This document shows, one piece after another, positions 24,618 through 32,192 of a stretch of DNA of 39,388 nucleotides. Below the pieces are notes generated by a model. That model did not search any database. It was not told the origin of the DNA and saw only the letters and a list, made by a program, of their open reading frames with translations. Source of the stretch: Nanobdellota archaeon. GTDB taxonomy: Archaea; Nanobdellota; Nanobdellia; Pacearchaeales; GW2011-AR1. The position numbers and the translations under genes were made by a program. The DNA lies in NCBI GenBank assembly GCA_038045285.1, contig JBBSYK010000020.1, forward strand, positions 1 to 39,388, written 5' to 3'. Each line of letters begins with the position of its first letter. Position 1 is the stretch's first letter.

Positions 24618-24737
24618 GGAAATCCCCCTTTTCTTTTTTTAGGAAAAAAAGAAACAAAAAAAGCGCGCGTCTCTCTAATACATGGTCCACCCAAAAAAAT
24701 ATTATTTCAGAATTATATAAAACGGCATTCTCAAAAA
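24618..24737. repeat. Right arm of the long degenerate inverted repeat
   Basis: Partners of the left-arm modules: E' ggaaatcc (24618-24625), D' hairpin TTTCTTTTTTT-agg-AAAAAAAGAAA (24630-24654), C' gcgcgcgtctctc (24663-24675), B' aaaaaatattatttc (24694-24708), A' ggcattctcaaaaa (24724-24737). Confidence 0.75.
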
Positions 24738-24975
24738 CTTTGATTTTTTGCCTTCAGCATCGTTGCATTAAAATCTCGTCCTCATTTCATTCAGAGAATA
24801 GAACAGGGCTTAAACGGTTCCGAAACCTTGCAGGTTTCTCCACCCAAATTGCTCGCCACTCAAAAATTTTCCATCTCTGAAGCTCATTGGGTTGCCTATT
24901 CGCTTCGAGGGAAAATTTTTAGGAGGGCTCGCAACTTCGGTTAAGCTCGATGTTAGTTTCAATTGAGAAAAAGCG

Positions 24976-25257
24976 CTAAATCATAGGAAGTGTCTCAGTT
25001 TGATATAATACTTTTTCACCTTTGGGTTTAAGTTCACCATCAAGCATGTTTCCATACTGAATCTCAAACCTAAACCTATGCAATCCTGGCAGGTAGGTTC
25101 TTGTAGAAGGCATTACTTTTACTCTATATACACCGCTACCTTCTGGCATCTCTTCGTGCCTTAAGTGATCCATTCTTCGTAAATCTGTATTTAATTCTAC
25201 TCGAATTTCAGGATTGTTCATATCAATTTCTGTTGTATCAAGTATTCTTGTTAGCAT
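24976..25257 (-). CDS. Hypothetical small protein (93 aa from ATG 25257; the ORF track extends it to a GTG at 25338)
   Basis: No recognisable motif. TTTATAAG sits exactly 30 nt upstream of ATG 25257, the same box and spacing as the giant surface-protein gene. This favours the shorter leaderless form. Confidence 0.4.
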   Translation of the reverse strand: MLTRILDTTEIDMNNPEIRVELNTDLRRMDHLRHEEMPEGSGVYRVKVMPSTRTYLPGLHRFRFEIQYGNMLDGELKPKGEKVLYQTETLPMI

Positions 25258-25279
25258 AGGTTTAGGTGATAATAGTGAA

Positions 25280-25287
25280 CTTATAAA
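25280..25287 (-). promoter_or_regulatory. TATA box (TTTATAAG on the minus strand), 30 nt upstream of ATG 25257
   Basis: Read directly from the sequence. Confidence 0.4.
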
Positions 25288-25401
25288 GTTATCGCGCCTT
25301 TTCTCAACTCGAGATTTTTCCCTTCGGGAACGTTGCACTCTCCTTTCAGTTGGACGACATAACAGACATTAAACGGCTCAAGTCTTGCAGTCTTTCAGCC
25401 A

Positions 25402-25421
25402 ATATTTGCTGTCGCAAATAT
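25402..25421. promoter_or_regulatory. Perfect 8-bp inverted repeat ATATTTGC-tgtc-GCAAATAT in a divergent intergenic region
   Basis: Lies between the minus-strand ORF (start 25257) and ATG 25477, 27 nt upstream of the weak TATA-like ATTTTAAT (25448-25455). Confidence 0.3.
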
Positions 25422-25476
25422 CTTTCAATGCCATATGTCCCAATAAGATTTTAATCTCTTATTTATTCACATTAAT

Positions 25477-26133
25477 ATGGATTTAATTAAATTAAGCTCA
25501 AAAGAAATCGAACCAAATCCAATAATTATTGAAGCATTAAAATACATAAATGAAAACAGCTTGTTTAAAGATAAAATTGCAAAGGTTTTGGATATCGGTG
25601 CTGGAGATGGAATGGATTCTATTTTTCTAGTCAAAAATGGATTTAACGTTACAGCAATAGACTCATCATCTTATTCCATACATAAAATTAATCAACTGGC
25701 AAAGATCCATGCTATAACAATCAAATCTGCAAAATTTGATGCAATAACTTTTCCTTTTGAAACCTCAAGATTTGTATTTGCGCAACCCTCCTGCTTCAGT
25801 TCGAGAGCAAGCAAATCAAATCTTGATGGTGCTCAAGAACCCGAACACGCCCCGGACTTTAGTCCGAGGGTTCTTGACAACTACGATATAATAATATGTA
25901 TTAATGTTTTACATCTAATAAAACTAGAAGAAGCTACAGAGTTAATTAAAAAAATGAAAATGTACACTTCAGTAGGAGGCATGAATATAGTTAGCTTATA
26001 TATAAATGATGATAGTCCTCTAAATAACTTAGAAAGTTTTTATACTGATTGGAAAATCATACATTTAAATAAAAGTTTTCATAAAGTGAAAAAAAACAAA
26101 ATACTCCTAGAGTTTATCGCCGTGAAGAAATAA
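25477..26133 (+). CDS. TehB-like class I SAM methyltransferase carrying a ~39-aa in-frame insertion
   Basis: VLDIGAGDGMDSIFL, NVTAIDSS, then YDIIICINVLHLI and GGMNIV. The segment between FPFE and NYDII is a GC-rich, low-complexity insert. Confidence 0.7.
   Translation: MDLIKLSSKEIEPNPIIIEALKYINENSLFKDKIAKVLDIGAGDGMDSIFLVKNGFNVTAIDSSSYSIHKINQLAKIHAITIKSAKFDAITFPFETSRFVFAQPSCFSSRASKSNLDGAQEPEHAPDFSPRVLDNYDIIICINVLHLIKLEEATELIKKMKMYTSVGGMNIVSLYINDDSPLNNLESFYTDWKIIHLNKSFHKVKKNKILLEFIAVKK
25762..25878. mobile_element. GC-rich palindromic insertion inside the methyltransferase ORF (frame preserved)
   Basis: Nested hairpin 25834-25876: CAAGAACCC...GGGTTCTTG enclosing CGGAC-ttta-GTCCG. Shares aaccctcc, ggactttag and gagggtt with the MITE-like element at 6861-7000. 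Confidence 0.5.
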
Positions 26134-27967
26134 GCTTCAAAGCCGATTTCGCAATGGAAGAAGAGTCAATTCCATACTTTCTTAATAATTCTTCAGATTT
26201 ACCAGAATGAGGTATTTCTCTTATTGAAAGATTAATAACTTTAATTCCACTTTTTTCTAAATCACCATAAAGCATTTCACCAATCCCTCCTTCAGTATAA
26301 TGATCTTCACTTATTACAATTCTATTTCCATGTTTTTTAATAAACTTAATTAATTTTCTTGCATTTAATGGTTTTATGCAATAAAGGTCAATTACAGCCG
26401 ATTCTATATTTTTATTTTTCAATATTTCATGGGCTTTAATAGATTCATGCAATGTAATTCCAGCCCCCAACAAAACAACCTTATCATTTTTACTTTGGCT
26501 TATAATTTTGAATTCTCCCAATAGAAATTTTTCTTTAGAAGAATAAATTATAGGTGTCTTAGGACGGGATGTTCTTAGGTATTTAACAGAAGGTTTTTTA
26601 ATTGAAGCTGCTAAATAAGTCAACTTTTCAGTTGATATAGCATCTGATGGATAAAAGATGATGCTATTAGGTAAATCGCGAAACATACCTATATCTTCTA
26701 AACCCATTTGTGAAGCTCCATCCTGTCCAATTGAAACTCCTGCATGAGAGCCGCATACTGTTATAGATGCATTGGATAATGATGACATACGGAGTTGATC
26801 ATGAGCCCTCGATAAAAATGAGGCGAAACTCGAAGCAAAAACATTGAAGCCCTTTAATGATAACCCTAAGGAAAGAGAAATCATATTTTGTTCTGCTATA
26901 AATGATTCTATAAATTGCCTAGGCGCAGCAAACTTTGCCTTTTCTGCAAAAGTAGAATTACTGACTTCAGCATCAACAACAATTACTTTCTTATTATTTT
27001 TAGCTAAGTTAGTAATTGCATTTCCATATGCTTCTCTTGTAGCAAGACTTATACTTTGAGCATAGTTAGTTAAAGAAGGAATTTTTATAATCTTAGATTT
27101 TTCATTTTGACTTTTTAATATTGGTTTTCTAATTTCAATTTCAGGAAAATCGCTTATTGGGATTTCGTCAAGTGCTCTTTCAAGTTCATATCTATTAAGA
27201 ACACGCCCGTGCCATCCTTCTTTATTCTCTATGAATGAAACTCCCTTGCCTTTAATTGTTTTGGCAAAGATTGCAAATGGTTTTTTAGCTTTTTTTGATT
27301 GTTTCAATGCAGATATAATTTGAGCAATATTGTGTCCATTCACAATCTTGACATCCCATCCAAATGACTCAAAACGTTTAGCATATTTGGCAGTATTCCA
27401 GCCGACCATTGTCTCCCCTCTCTGTCCAAGTCTATTGACATCTACAATTGCACAAAGATTATTAAGATTATAATAAGATGCCAACTGTAATGCTTCATAA
27501 ATTTCTCCTTCTGCAATTTCACTATCTCCAAGCAATACGAATGTTCTATAATCTTTATTATTTAGTTTTGCTGCAAGTGCCATTCCAAGTCCAATAGATA
27601 ATCCCTGCCCTAGTGAGCCAGTTGCTACTTTCACCCAACCATCAAAAGGAATAGGATGTCCTTCAAGACGACTTGAGATTTTTCTATATGAAAGTAAGGC
27701 ATCTTTAATACATCCAGCTCTAAAAAGAGCAGAATAATATATTGCAGAAGCATGCCCCTTGCTTAAAATAAACTCATCATTATTAGGATTTTCAGCATTT
27801 AAAGGATCAAATCTCATTTCATGAAAGAATAATGCAGCCATGATATCTGAACATGAAAGGCAAGAAGAAGGATGACCGCTGCCCGCTTCAGAAGTCATTT
27901 TTAATGTATCAACTTTAATAATATTTGAAATTTCTCTGATTTCTTTAACCTCTTTTTGAAATGCCAT
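26114..27967 (-). CDS. tkt: Transketolase (full length, N and C halves fused)
   Basis: GSGHPSSCLSCSDIMAALFF, LLGDSEIAEGEIYEA (TPP motif), ESFIAEQNM, GSHAGVSIGQDGASQMGLEDI. Confidence 0.9.
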   Translation of the reverse strand: MAFQKEVKEIREISNIIKVDTLKMTSEAGSGHPSSCLSCSDIMAALFFHEMRFDPLNAENPNNDEFILSKGHASAIYYSALFRAGCIKDALLSYRKISSRLEGHPIPFDGWVKVATGSLGQGLSIGLGMALAAKLNNKDYRTFVLLGDSEIAEGEIYEALQLASYYNLNNLCAIVDVNRLGQRGETMVGWNTAKYAKRFESFGWDVKIVNGHNIAQIISALKQSKKAKKPFAIFAKTIKGKGVSFIENKEGWHGRVLNRYELERALDEIPISDFPEIEIRKPILKSQNEKSKIIKIPSLTNYAQSISLATREAYGNAITNLAKNNKKVIVVDAEVSNSTFAEKAKFAAPRQFIESFIAEQNMISLSLGLSLKGFNVFASSFASFLSRAHDQLRMSSLSNASITVCGSHAGVSIGQDGASQMGLEDIGMFRDLPNSIIFYPSDAISTEKLTYLAASIKKPSVKYLRTSRPKTPIIYSSKEKFLLGEFKIISQSKNDKVVLLGAGITLHESIKAHEILKNKNIESAVIDLYCIKPLNARKLIKFIKKHGNRIVISEDHYTEGGIGEMLYGDLEKSGIKVINLSIREIPHSGKSEELLRKYGIDSSSIAKSALKLISSRR

Positions 27968-28079
27968 TTTATTACCTTATTTATTATTTATCTCACAAAT
28001 TACAAGGCATAGAGGTATAAAAAGCTAAGTTTTTTAGTATTGCATGATTTTTTTCTTCTGATGAAAACAATTCAAATAG

Positions 28080-28493
28080 TTAATGCTGATGCTCTAAATT
28101 ACCAAATTCTCGAATTATTTCTTGAAGTCCATTGTTATAAAGCTCTAATCGCTCAAGAAGATATCCTCGTGCCTGCGAAAGTTTCTTAATTTGCTCCTCA
28201 ATAATTTTTTTCGTTTCATTAATGCTCTTTTTGACTAATACGTTAGCTCCTGCATGAACTAGAATTTTCTCTTCAATTAATTGTGATTTCACATAAAGGC
28301 CTTTTCCCAAAGTAGAATATGATTCTTTGCATTCTTTATTATCGACATGGCCAAGAGAAGATAAATTCTTGCTTAAAGTATCAAGTTCAAAAATTTCTTT
28401 TTCTAAATATTCTATTTGCTGTGCTGTTTCTTGAGAATTTTTCTCAAATAATGAAGCTTGCATTACTAGCTCTTGTTCTCTTTGTTTGTCCAT
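28080..28493 (-). CDS. pfdA: Prefoldin alpha subunit
   Basis: 137 aa; coiled-coil ends flank central beta-hairpins (LGKGLYVKSQL...ILVHAGANVLVKKSINETKKII). Confidence 0.7.
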   Translation of the reverse strand: MDKQREQELVMQASLFEKNSQETAQQIEYLEKEIFELDTLSKNLSSLGHVDNKECKESYSTLGKGLYVKSQLIEEKILVHAGANVLVKKSINETKKIIEEQIKKLSQARGYLLERLELYNNGLQEIIREFGNLEHQH

Positions 28494-28495
28494 AA

Positions 28496-29083
28496 TTATT
28501 TCAGTAAAGAATAGGTTTTAAAGCTTTTTATTTTCTTTTTCCTTCTTTCTTCATCCTCTTTTTTTATTTCCCAGACTTCTATTTTTTCAAAGAAAAATTT
28601 CTGTGAAGATAAAACTATATGACTCAGTTTTTGCTTTTTCATCTCAGCGATAATTCTTATTTTAGGAGTTAACGAAGATATAACTATCAATGAAACACCT
28701 TCAGTTGTTAAATGTTTATTCAAAGATTTTAAAAATCTGAGAATAATCTCATCGCCTTTCTTGCCCCCAGATGTAATTCTACTGCTCTCCGAATCTTCTC
28801 TTTTATCTCTAGGAAGATAAGGAGGATTGAAAATAATTAGGTCAAATTTATCTTCAATATTAGAAAATAAATCGGACAAAATTGCTTTAATATCTCTATC
28901 TCTAAGATGCTTTATTACTTCATGATTTATATCACTTGCAAGAATAGATTTAGCTCCAGCATTAAGAGCAGCTTTTGCTTGTATTCCATCTCCAGAACCC
29001 ATATCTAAAACTTTCTTATTTTTAGCATATTTCTTAACTTGCTTTGCAAGCATCAAAGAATCTTCTAAAGGTAAATAAATCAT
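28496..29083 (-). CDS. HemK/Mtq2-like (N/Q-specific) SAM methyltransferase
   Basis: VLDMGSGDGIQA motif I and catalytic DLIIFNPPYLP (NPPY). Confidence 0.8.
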   Translation of the reverse strand: MIYLPLEDSLMLAKQVKKYAKNKKVLDMGSGDGIQAKAALNAGAKSILASDINHEVIKHLRDRDIKAILSDLFSNIEDKFDLIIFNPPYLPRDKREDSESSRITSGGKKGDEIILRFLKSLNKHLTTEGVSLIVISSLTPKIRIIAEMKKQKLSHIVLSSQKFFFEKIEVWEIKKEDEERRKKKIKSFKTYSLLK

Positions 29084-29104
29084 ATAATAATTTCATAACT
29101 TAAG

Positions 29105-29112
29105 TTATTAAA
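29105..29112 (-). promoter_or_regulatory. TATA box (TTTAATAA on the minus strand), 29 nt upstream of ATG 29083
   Basis: Read directly from the sequence. Confidence 0.4.
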
Positions 29113-29198
29113 GTTTCTTCTACCAAATAAAATACTAATAATATAACATATAAAACTAATAATTTAAAAATTATTCCTCAAAAAGCTCCCTGAAAGAT

Positions 29199-29747
29199 TT
29201 ATGCAACTGGCGCTGATTCAAACAGCGCTAATATTTTATCTTTAAAGATAATTGTAGCTATTACTGCCCCAACTAGTAACAATAAAACTGCGATAAAAAT
29301 TATAATTTTTGTTTTCTTTGAACTCTTTTGTTTTACCAAAGAATCTATTTTTTGAGATTTTTCTAGAGAGGGTTGTTGTATTTCCTGTTGAGAGGAATTA
29401 AAAGGTGATGAAAAACTTGGCGATGTTTGATTCATAAAATTATTCGTTGATTGTGATGAAATCTCTGATTTCTGAGAAACAGCAGGCATAGAATCTATAT
29501 TTGAATACTTTTGCTGTTGAGTTTGCTGCGACGATTGTAATGTCATAACTTGAGGAGAGATAGATTTATCTCCAGAACTCTGGGTATCTTGCGATGTCAT
29601 ATTAGTTGCCCCATAACCCATTGCATTTGCAGCCTCATTTACCTCAACAGGATTATATCCAGCATTTATAAAAGTCTGGACAGCATCTTTTAACGATGAT
29701 CCTCGGTCTATAGCATTTTTCAAACCAGATTGTATTTCATCTTTCAT
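29199..29747 (-). CDS. S/Q-rich tail-anchored membrane protein, unknown function
   Basis: 182 aa: small N-terminal helical region, long Ser/Gln-rich low-complexity linker, single C-terminal TM (IIIFIAVLLLLVGAVIATIIF). 4-nt overlap with the RNase J gene. Confidence 0.5.
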   Translation of the reverse strand: MKDEIQSGLKNAIDRGSSLKDAVQTFINAGYNPVEVNEAANAMGYGATNMTSQDTQSSGDKSISPQVMTLQSSQQTQQQKYSNIDSMPAVSQKSEISSQSTNNFMNQTSPSFSSPFNSSQQEIQQPSLEKSQKIDSLVKQKSSKKTKIIIFIAVLLLLVGAVIATIIFKDKILALFESAPVA

Positions 29748-31087
29748 GTTAAATTTAACATCTGCCCATTTTGCAATATATGGACTGATTTATTTAATTT
29801 ATACCCCATTTCAATTGCAAGAGACGCGCCAGCTGTTAATTTTCTTACATCTCCATGCGATGGAATAACGTGTTCTGGCTTTAAAAGGTTTATTAAATCT
29901 CTTAAATCCTCCCTGCCCCCATGTCCGCTTGTATGAACATTATCAAAAATTCTGACATGATGTTTTTTCAATCTTCTTTCCAGTTGCTGCCTATTTTCTT
30001 CATTTATAGGAGTAGGTATTGTCTTAGAAGAAAATATAACATTATCATTTTGATTAAGACGCATAGGTAATTGGTGTCGTGCTATACGATCTAAAATTGA
30101 ACCAGGCTCGCCCTGATGACCTGTACAGACTAAGAGATATTTATCTCTATTTTTATTTACCTTCTTTAAAATATTCTGTAGTTGTTTCTTATAGCTCAAC
30201 AATTGAATTTGATTGAAGAATGGAAGCTTAATTACTCTATTTGCGGCAGTTACATATTTAATTAAACTTCTTCCGACAAATATCACTTCTCGGTTAAGCC
30301 TTCTGCCAAACTCGCTTATAGTTTTTAATCTGGCTATATGAGAAGAAAAAGTAGTAATCACAATACCGCATTTTTTGTTATCCGTTGTAAATAAAACATC
30401 TTCTAATAATCCCTTAGCAATTTTCTCTGAGGGAGTTTTCCTATCATCTGGAGCATATAAACAATCTACAACCAAAGCCTTGATTCCTATCTTAGATAAT
30501 TCTTTAAGCCGGGGATAATTTGGTTTATCGCCCAATACAGGCGTATTATCTAATTTATAATCATTAGCATACATTACAACACCATAGGGGGTATGAACTG
30601 CCAAAATAGCGCTTTGTAAAGTTGAATGTGTAATATTTATAAATTCAATTTTGTAGGTATTGCTTTTGCCTCGTAAATTATAAGATCCATTTACAGTGAT
30701 AGGAATTATTCTATTATTAATTTTTTGATTTGAATCTTCCATTAATACTTTTAATACTTCCATTGTAAAAGGCGTGCCCATAACCGGAGCGTTATATCTC
30801 GGAGCAATGTATGGAACAGCACCCACATGATCAAGATGAGCGTGAGAAATTAATATTGCTCTAACTTTCTGTCTCAATCCATGTTTCTCGAGATATATAT
30901 CATCAGGCAAGGCTCCAAGATTCCTCATGCTCTTTTCTGTTGGAATTTTTTCTCTTTCAGATACTCCAACAATTGCAGGAAGAAAAAGACCAGCATCAAA
31001 CAATATAACATCTTCATCCACTTCTAATGCAGTCATATTCTTACCAACTTCATTATATCCGCCAATTGTGTGTATTTTTATCACCAT
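29744..31087 (-). CDS. rnj: Archaeal RNase J (metallo-beta-lactamase / beta-CASP ribonuclease)
   Basis: ISHAHLDHVGAVP (HxHxDH), beta-CASP-type TGHQGEPGS, C-terminal HTSGHGGREDL and PSHGD. Confidence 0.85.
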   Translation of the reverse strand: MVIKIHTIGGYNEVGKNMTALEVDEDVILFDAGLFLPAIVGVSEREKIPTEKSMRNLGALPDDIYLEKHGLRQKVRAILISHAHLDHVGAVPYIAPRYNAPVMGTPFTMEVLKVLMEDSNQKINNRIIPITVNGSYNLRGKSNTYKIEFINITHSTLQSAILAVHTPYGVVMYANDYKLDNTPVLGDKPNYPRLKELSKIGIKALVVDCLYAPDDRKTPSEKIAKGLLEDVLFTTDNKKCGIVITTFSSHIARLKTISEFGRRLNREVIFVGRSLIKYVTAANRVIKLPFFNQIQLLSYKKQLQNILKKVNKNRDKYLLVCTGHQGEPGSILDRIARHQLPMRLNQNDNVIFSSKTIPTPINEENRQQLERRLKKHHVRIFDNVHTSGHGGREDLRDLINLLKPEHVIPSHGDVRKLTAGASLAIEMGYKLNKSVHILQNGQMLNLT

Positions 31088-31190
31088 ATTAAATCTTTCT
31101 TAAAATGTTATAGAAAAGAGCATTTAAATAGGTTTTCGATTTATATCTTCCAGATATTAAATATTCAACTTGACTTTAAAAAAAGAAAAA

Positions 31191-31198
31191 TTTATAAT
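31191..31198 (+). promoter_or_regulatory. TATA box TTTATAAT, 29 nt upstream of ATG 31220
   Basis: Read directly from the sequence. Confidence 0.45.
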
Positions 31199-31219
31199 CT
31201 TAAATTAACAAGTCTTTAA

Positions 31220-32101
31220 ATGGAACAAAAATTACTTCACGAAAAGCACAAAAAACACAGAAATATTTTGTATTTTATAGTTTTTATTCTCCTTATATTG
31301 CAGTTAGTATCGTTTATTTCTTTGAGCAGCCAGGTTTCAAAAGTCAGTAATCAGCTCGAAGTGCAAAGAATTGCAAATTTTCGGTCCATTGAAAACTTAA
31401 GTTATTTTTTCTCAGGTATTATAGATGATAATTCTGCAAGAAGTCAACAGGCAATTACTGAACTTTCCCTCACATTAGCTAAACAAGAATCAAGTTTAAG
31501 CAAAGAAATATCATTGTTAAAATCCTCAGGCGGGGACTTTTCTGGAATAATTGATGAAGTAATAAAAGGAGTGGTTAGCGTTGGAACAGATAAATCAATG
31601 GGGAGCGGTTTCATTATTGATAAAGAAGGGTATGTTGTAACTAATCAACATGTTATCTCAGGAGCAAAAAAGATTGCAGTTCTCACATACGATAAACAGG
31701 TTATTGCAGCAAAATTAATAGGGTCTGATATTAATAGAGATATTGCACTGTTAAAAATTGAAGGAGAATTTAATTCACTCGACTTAGGAGATTCAGATAA
31801 TGTTCAACCAGGCAGAAAGGTAATTGCTATCGGCAATCCTTTAGGACTTTCATTCACAGTAACTCAAGGTATTGTCTCTGCAGTAGATAGAGATGGACCT
31901 AATGGTGCACAAGAGTATATTCAGACCGACGTCTCTCTTAATCCTGGAAATTCTGGGGGCCCGCTTATAGATATAAACGGCGAGGTTATAGGTATTAATA
32001 ACTTTAAAGTTGGTGGAGCTGAAAGTCTTGGCTTTGCTCTTGAGAGCAATGTAGTAAAAAAAATTGCGAATGAAATAGCCAATACAACAATTATTAATTA
32101 A
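31220..32101 (+). CDS. HtrA-like trypsin-fold serine protease, membrane-anchored, no PDZ
   Basis: N-terminal TM (ILYFIVFILLILQLVSFI). Catalytic contexts VVTNQHVI (His), DIALLKI (Asp), GNSGGPL (Ser). Confidence 0.85.
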   Translation: MEQKLLHEKHKKHRNILYFIVFILLILQLVSFISLSSQVSKVSNQLEVQRIANFRSIENLSYFFSGIIDDNSARSQQAITELSLTLAKQESSLSKEISLLKSSGGDFSGIIDEVIKGVVSVGTDKSMGSGFIIDKEGYVVTNQHVISGAKKIAVLTYDKQVIAAKLIGSDINRDIALLKIEGEFNSLDLGDSDNVQPGRKVIAIGNPLGLSFTVTQGIVSAVDRDGPNGAQEYIQTDVSLNPGNSGGPLIDINGEVIGINNFKVGGAESLGFALESNVVKKIANEIANTTIIN

Positions 32102-32163
32102 CTTTTTTACCTTAATGTATAAATAATAATTTTATTCCAATTAGAATAAAATTGTCACGAAAA

Positions 32164-32171
32164 GTTATAAA
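32164..32171 (+). promoter_or_regulatory. TATA-like box GTTATAAA, 29 nt upstream of ATG 32193
   Basis: Read directly from the sequence. Confidence 0.4.
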
Positions 32172-32192
32172 TGCTTTTTCTCTCTAAAATCT

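Noticed and set aside
14186-24654. The hairpin clusters, considered as a degenerate CRISPR array or CRISPR repeats.
   Set aside because: There is no repeat-spacer periodicity, the stems differ in sequence, the units are 11-25 nt and directly abutting, and the window has no cas genes.
18523-24675. The GC-rich pair GAGAGACGCGCGC / GCGCGCGTCTCTC considered as an RNA processing stem, like the rRNA-operon bulge-helix-bulge stems that lead to excision or circularisation.
   Set aside because: The predicted operon TATA (18692-18699) and leaderless start (18721) lie downstream of the left arm, so the left arm would not be in the mRNA. The 13-14 bp helix is continuous, with no 3-nt bulges in a BHB arrangement. 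A DNA-level role is more likely. Only TSS mapping can exclude it fully.
18438-24970. The exact 15-nt direct repeat atgttagtttcaatt (18438-18452 and 24950-24964, each followed by a gagaa-containing stretch) considered as a target-site duplication or att core for the cassette.
   Set aside because: The right copy lies 213 bp beyond the right inverted-repeat end rather than abutting it. In DNA with about 70% AT, a few exact 15-mers are expected by chance in a 39-kb window (my rough estimate). I kept it only as a note under the 24780-24950 finding.
18220-25476. A search for a transposase, integrase, invertase, Cas1 or homing endonuclease that could mobilise the inverted-repeat-bounded cassette.
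   Set aside because: I found no ORF with DDE, tyrosine or serine recombinase, HNH or LAGLIDADG-like motifs here or anywhere else in the window. Its absence is reported as part of the finding, not as a feature.
26114-26133. The 20-nt convergent overlap between the methyltransferase (25477-26133) and transketolase (26114-27967) 3' ends, and the 17-nt overlap at 8204-8220.
   Set aside because: Short convergent 3' overlaps are common in compact genomes. Both partners have intact, motif-supported C-termini, so there is no sign of misassembly.
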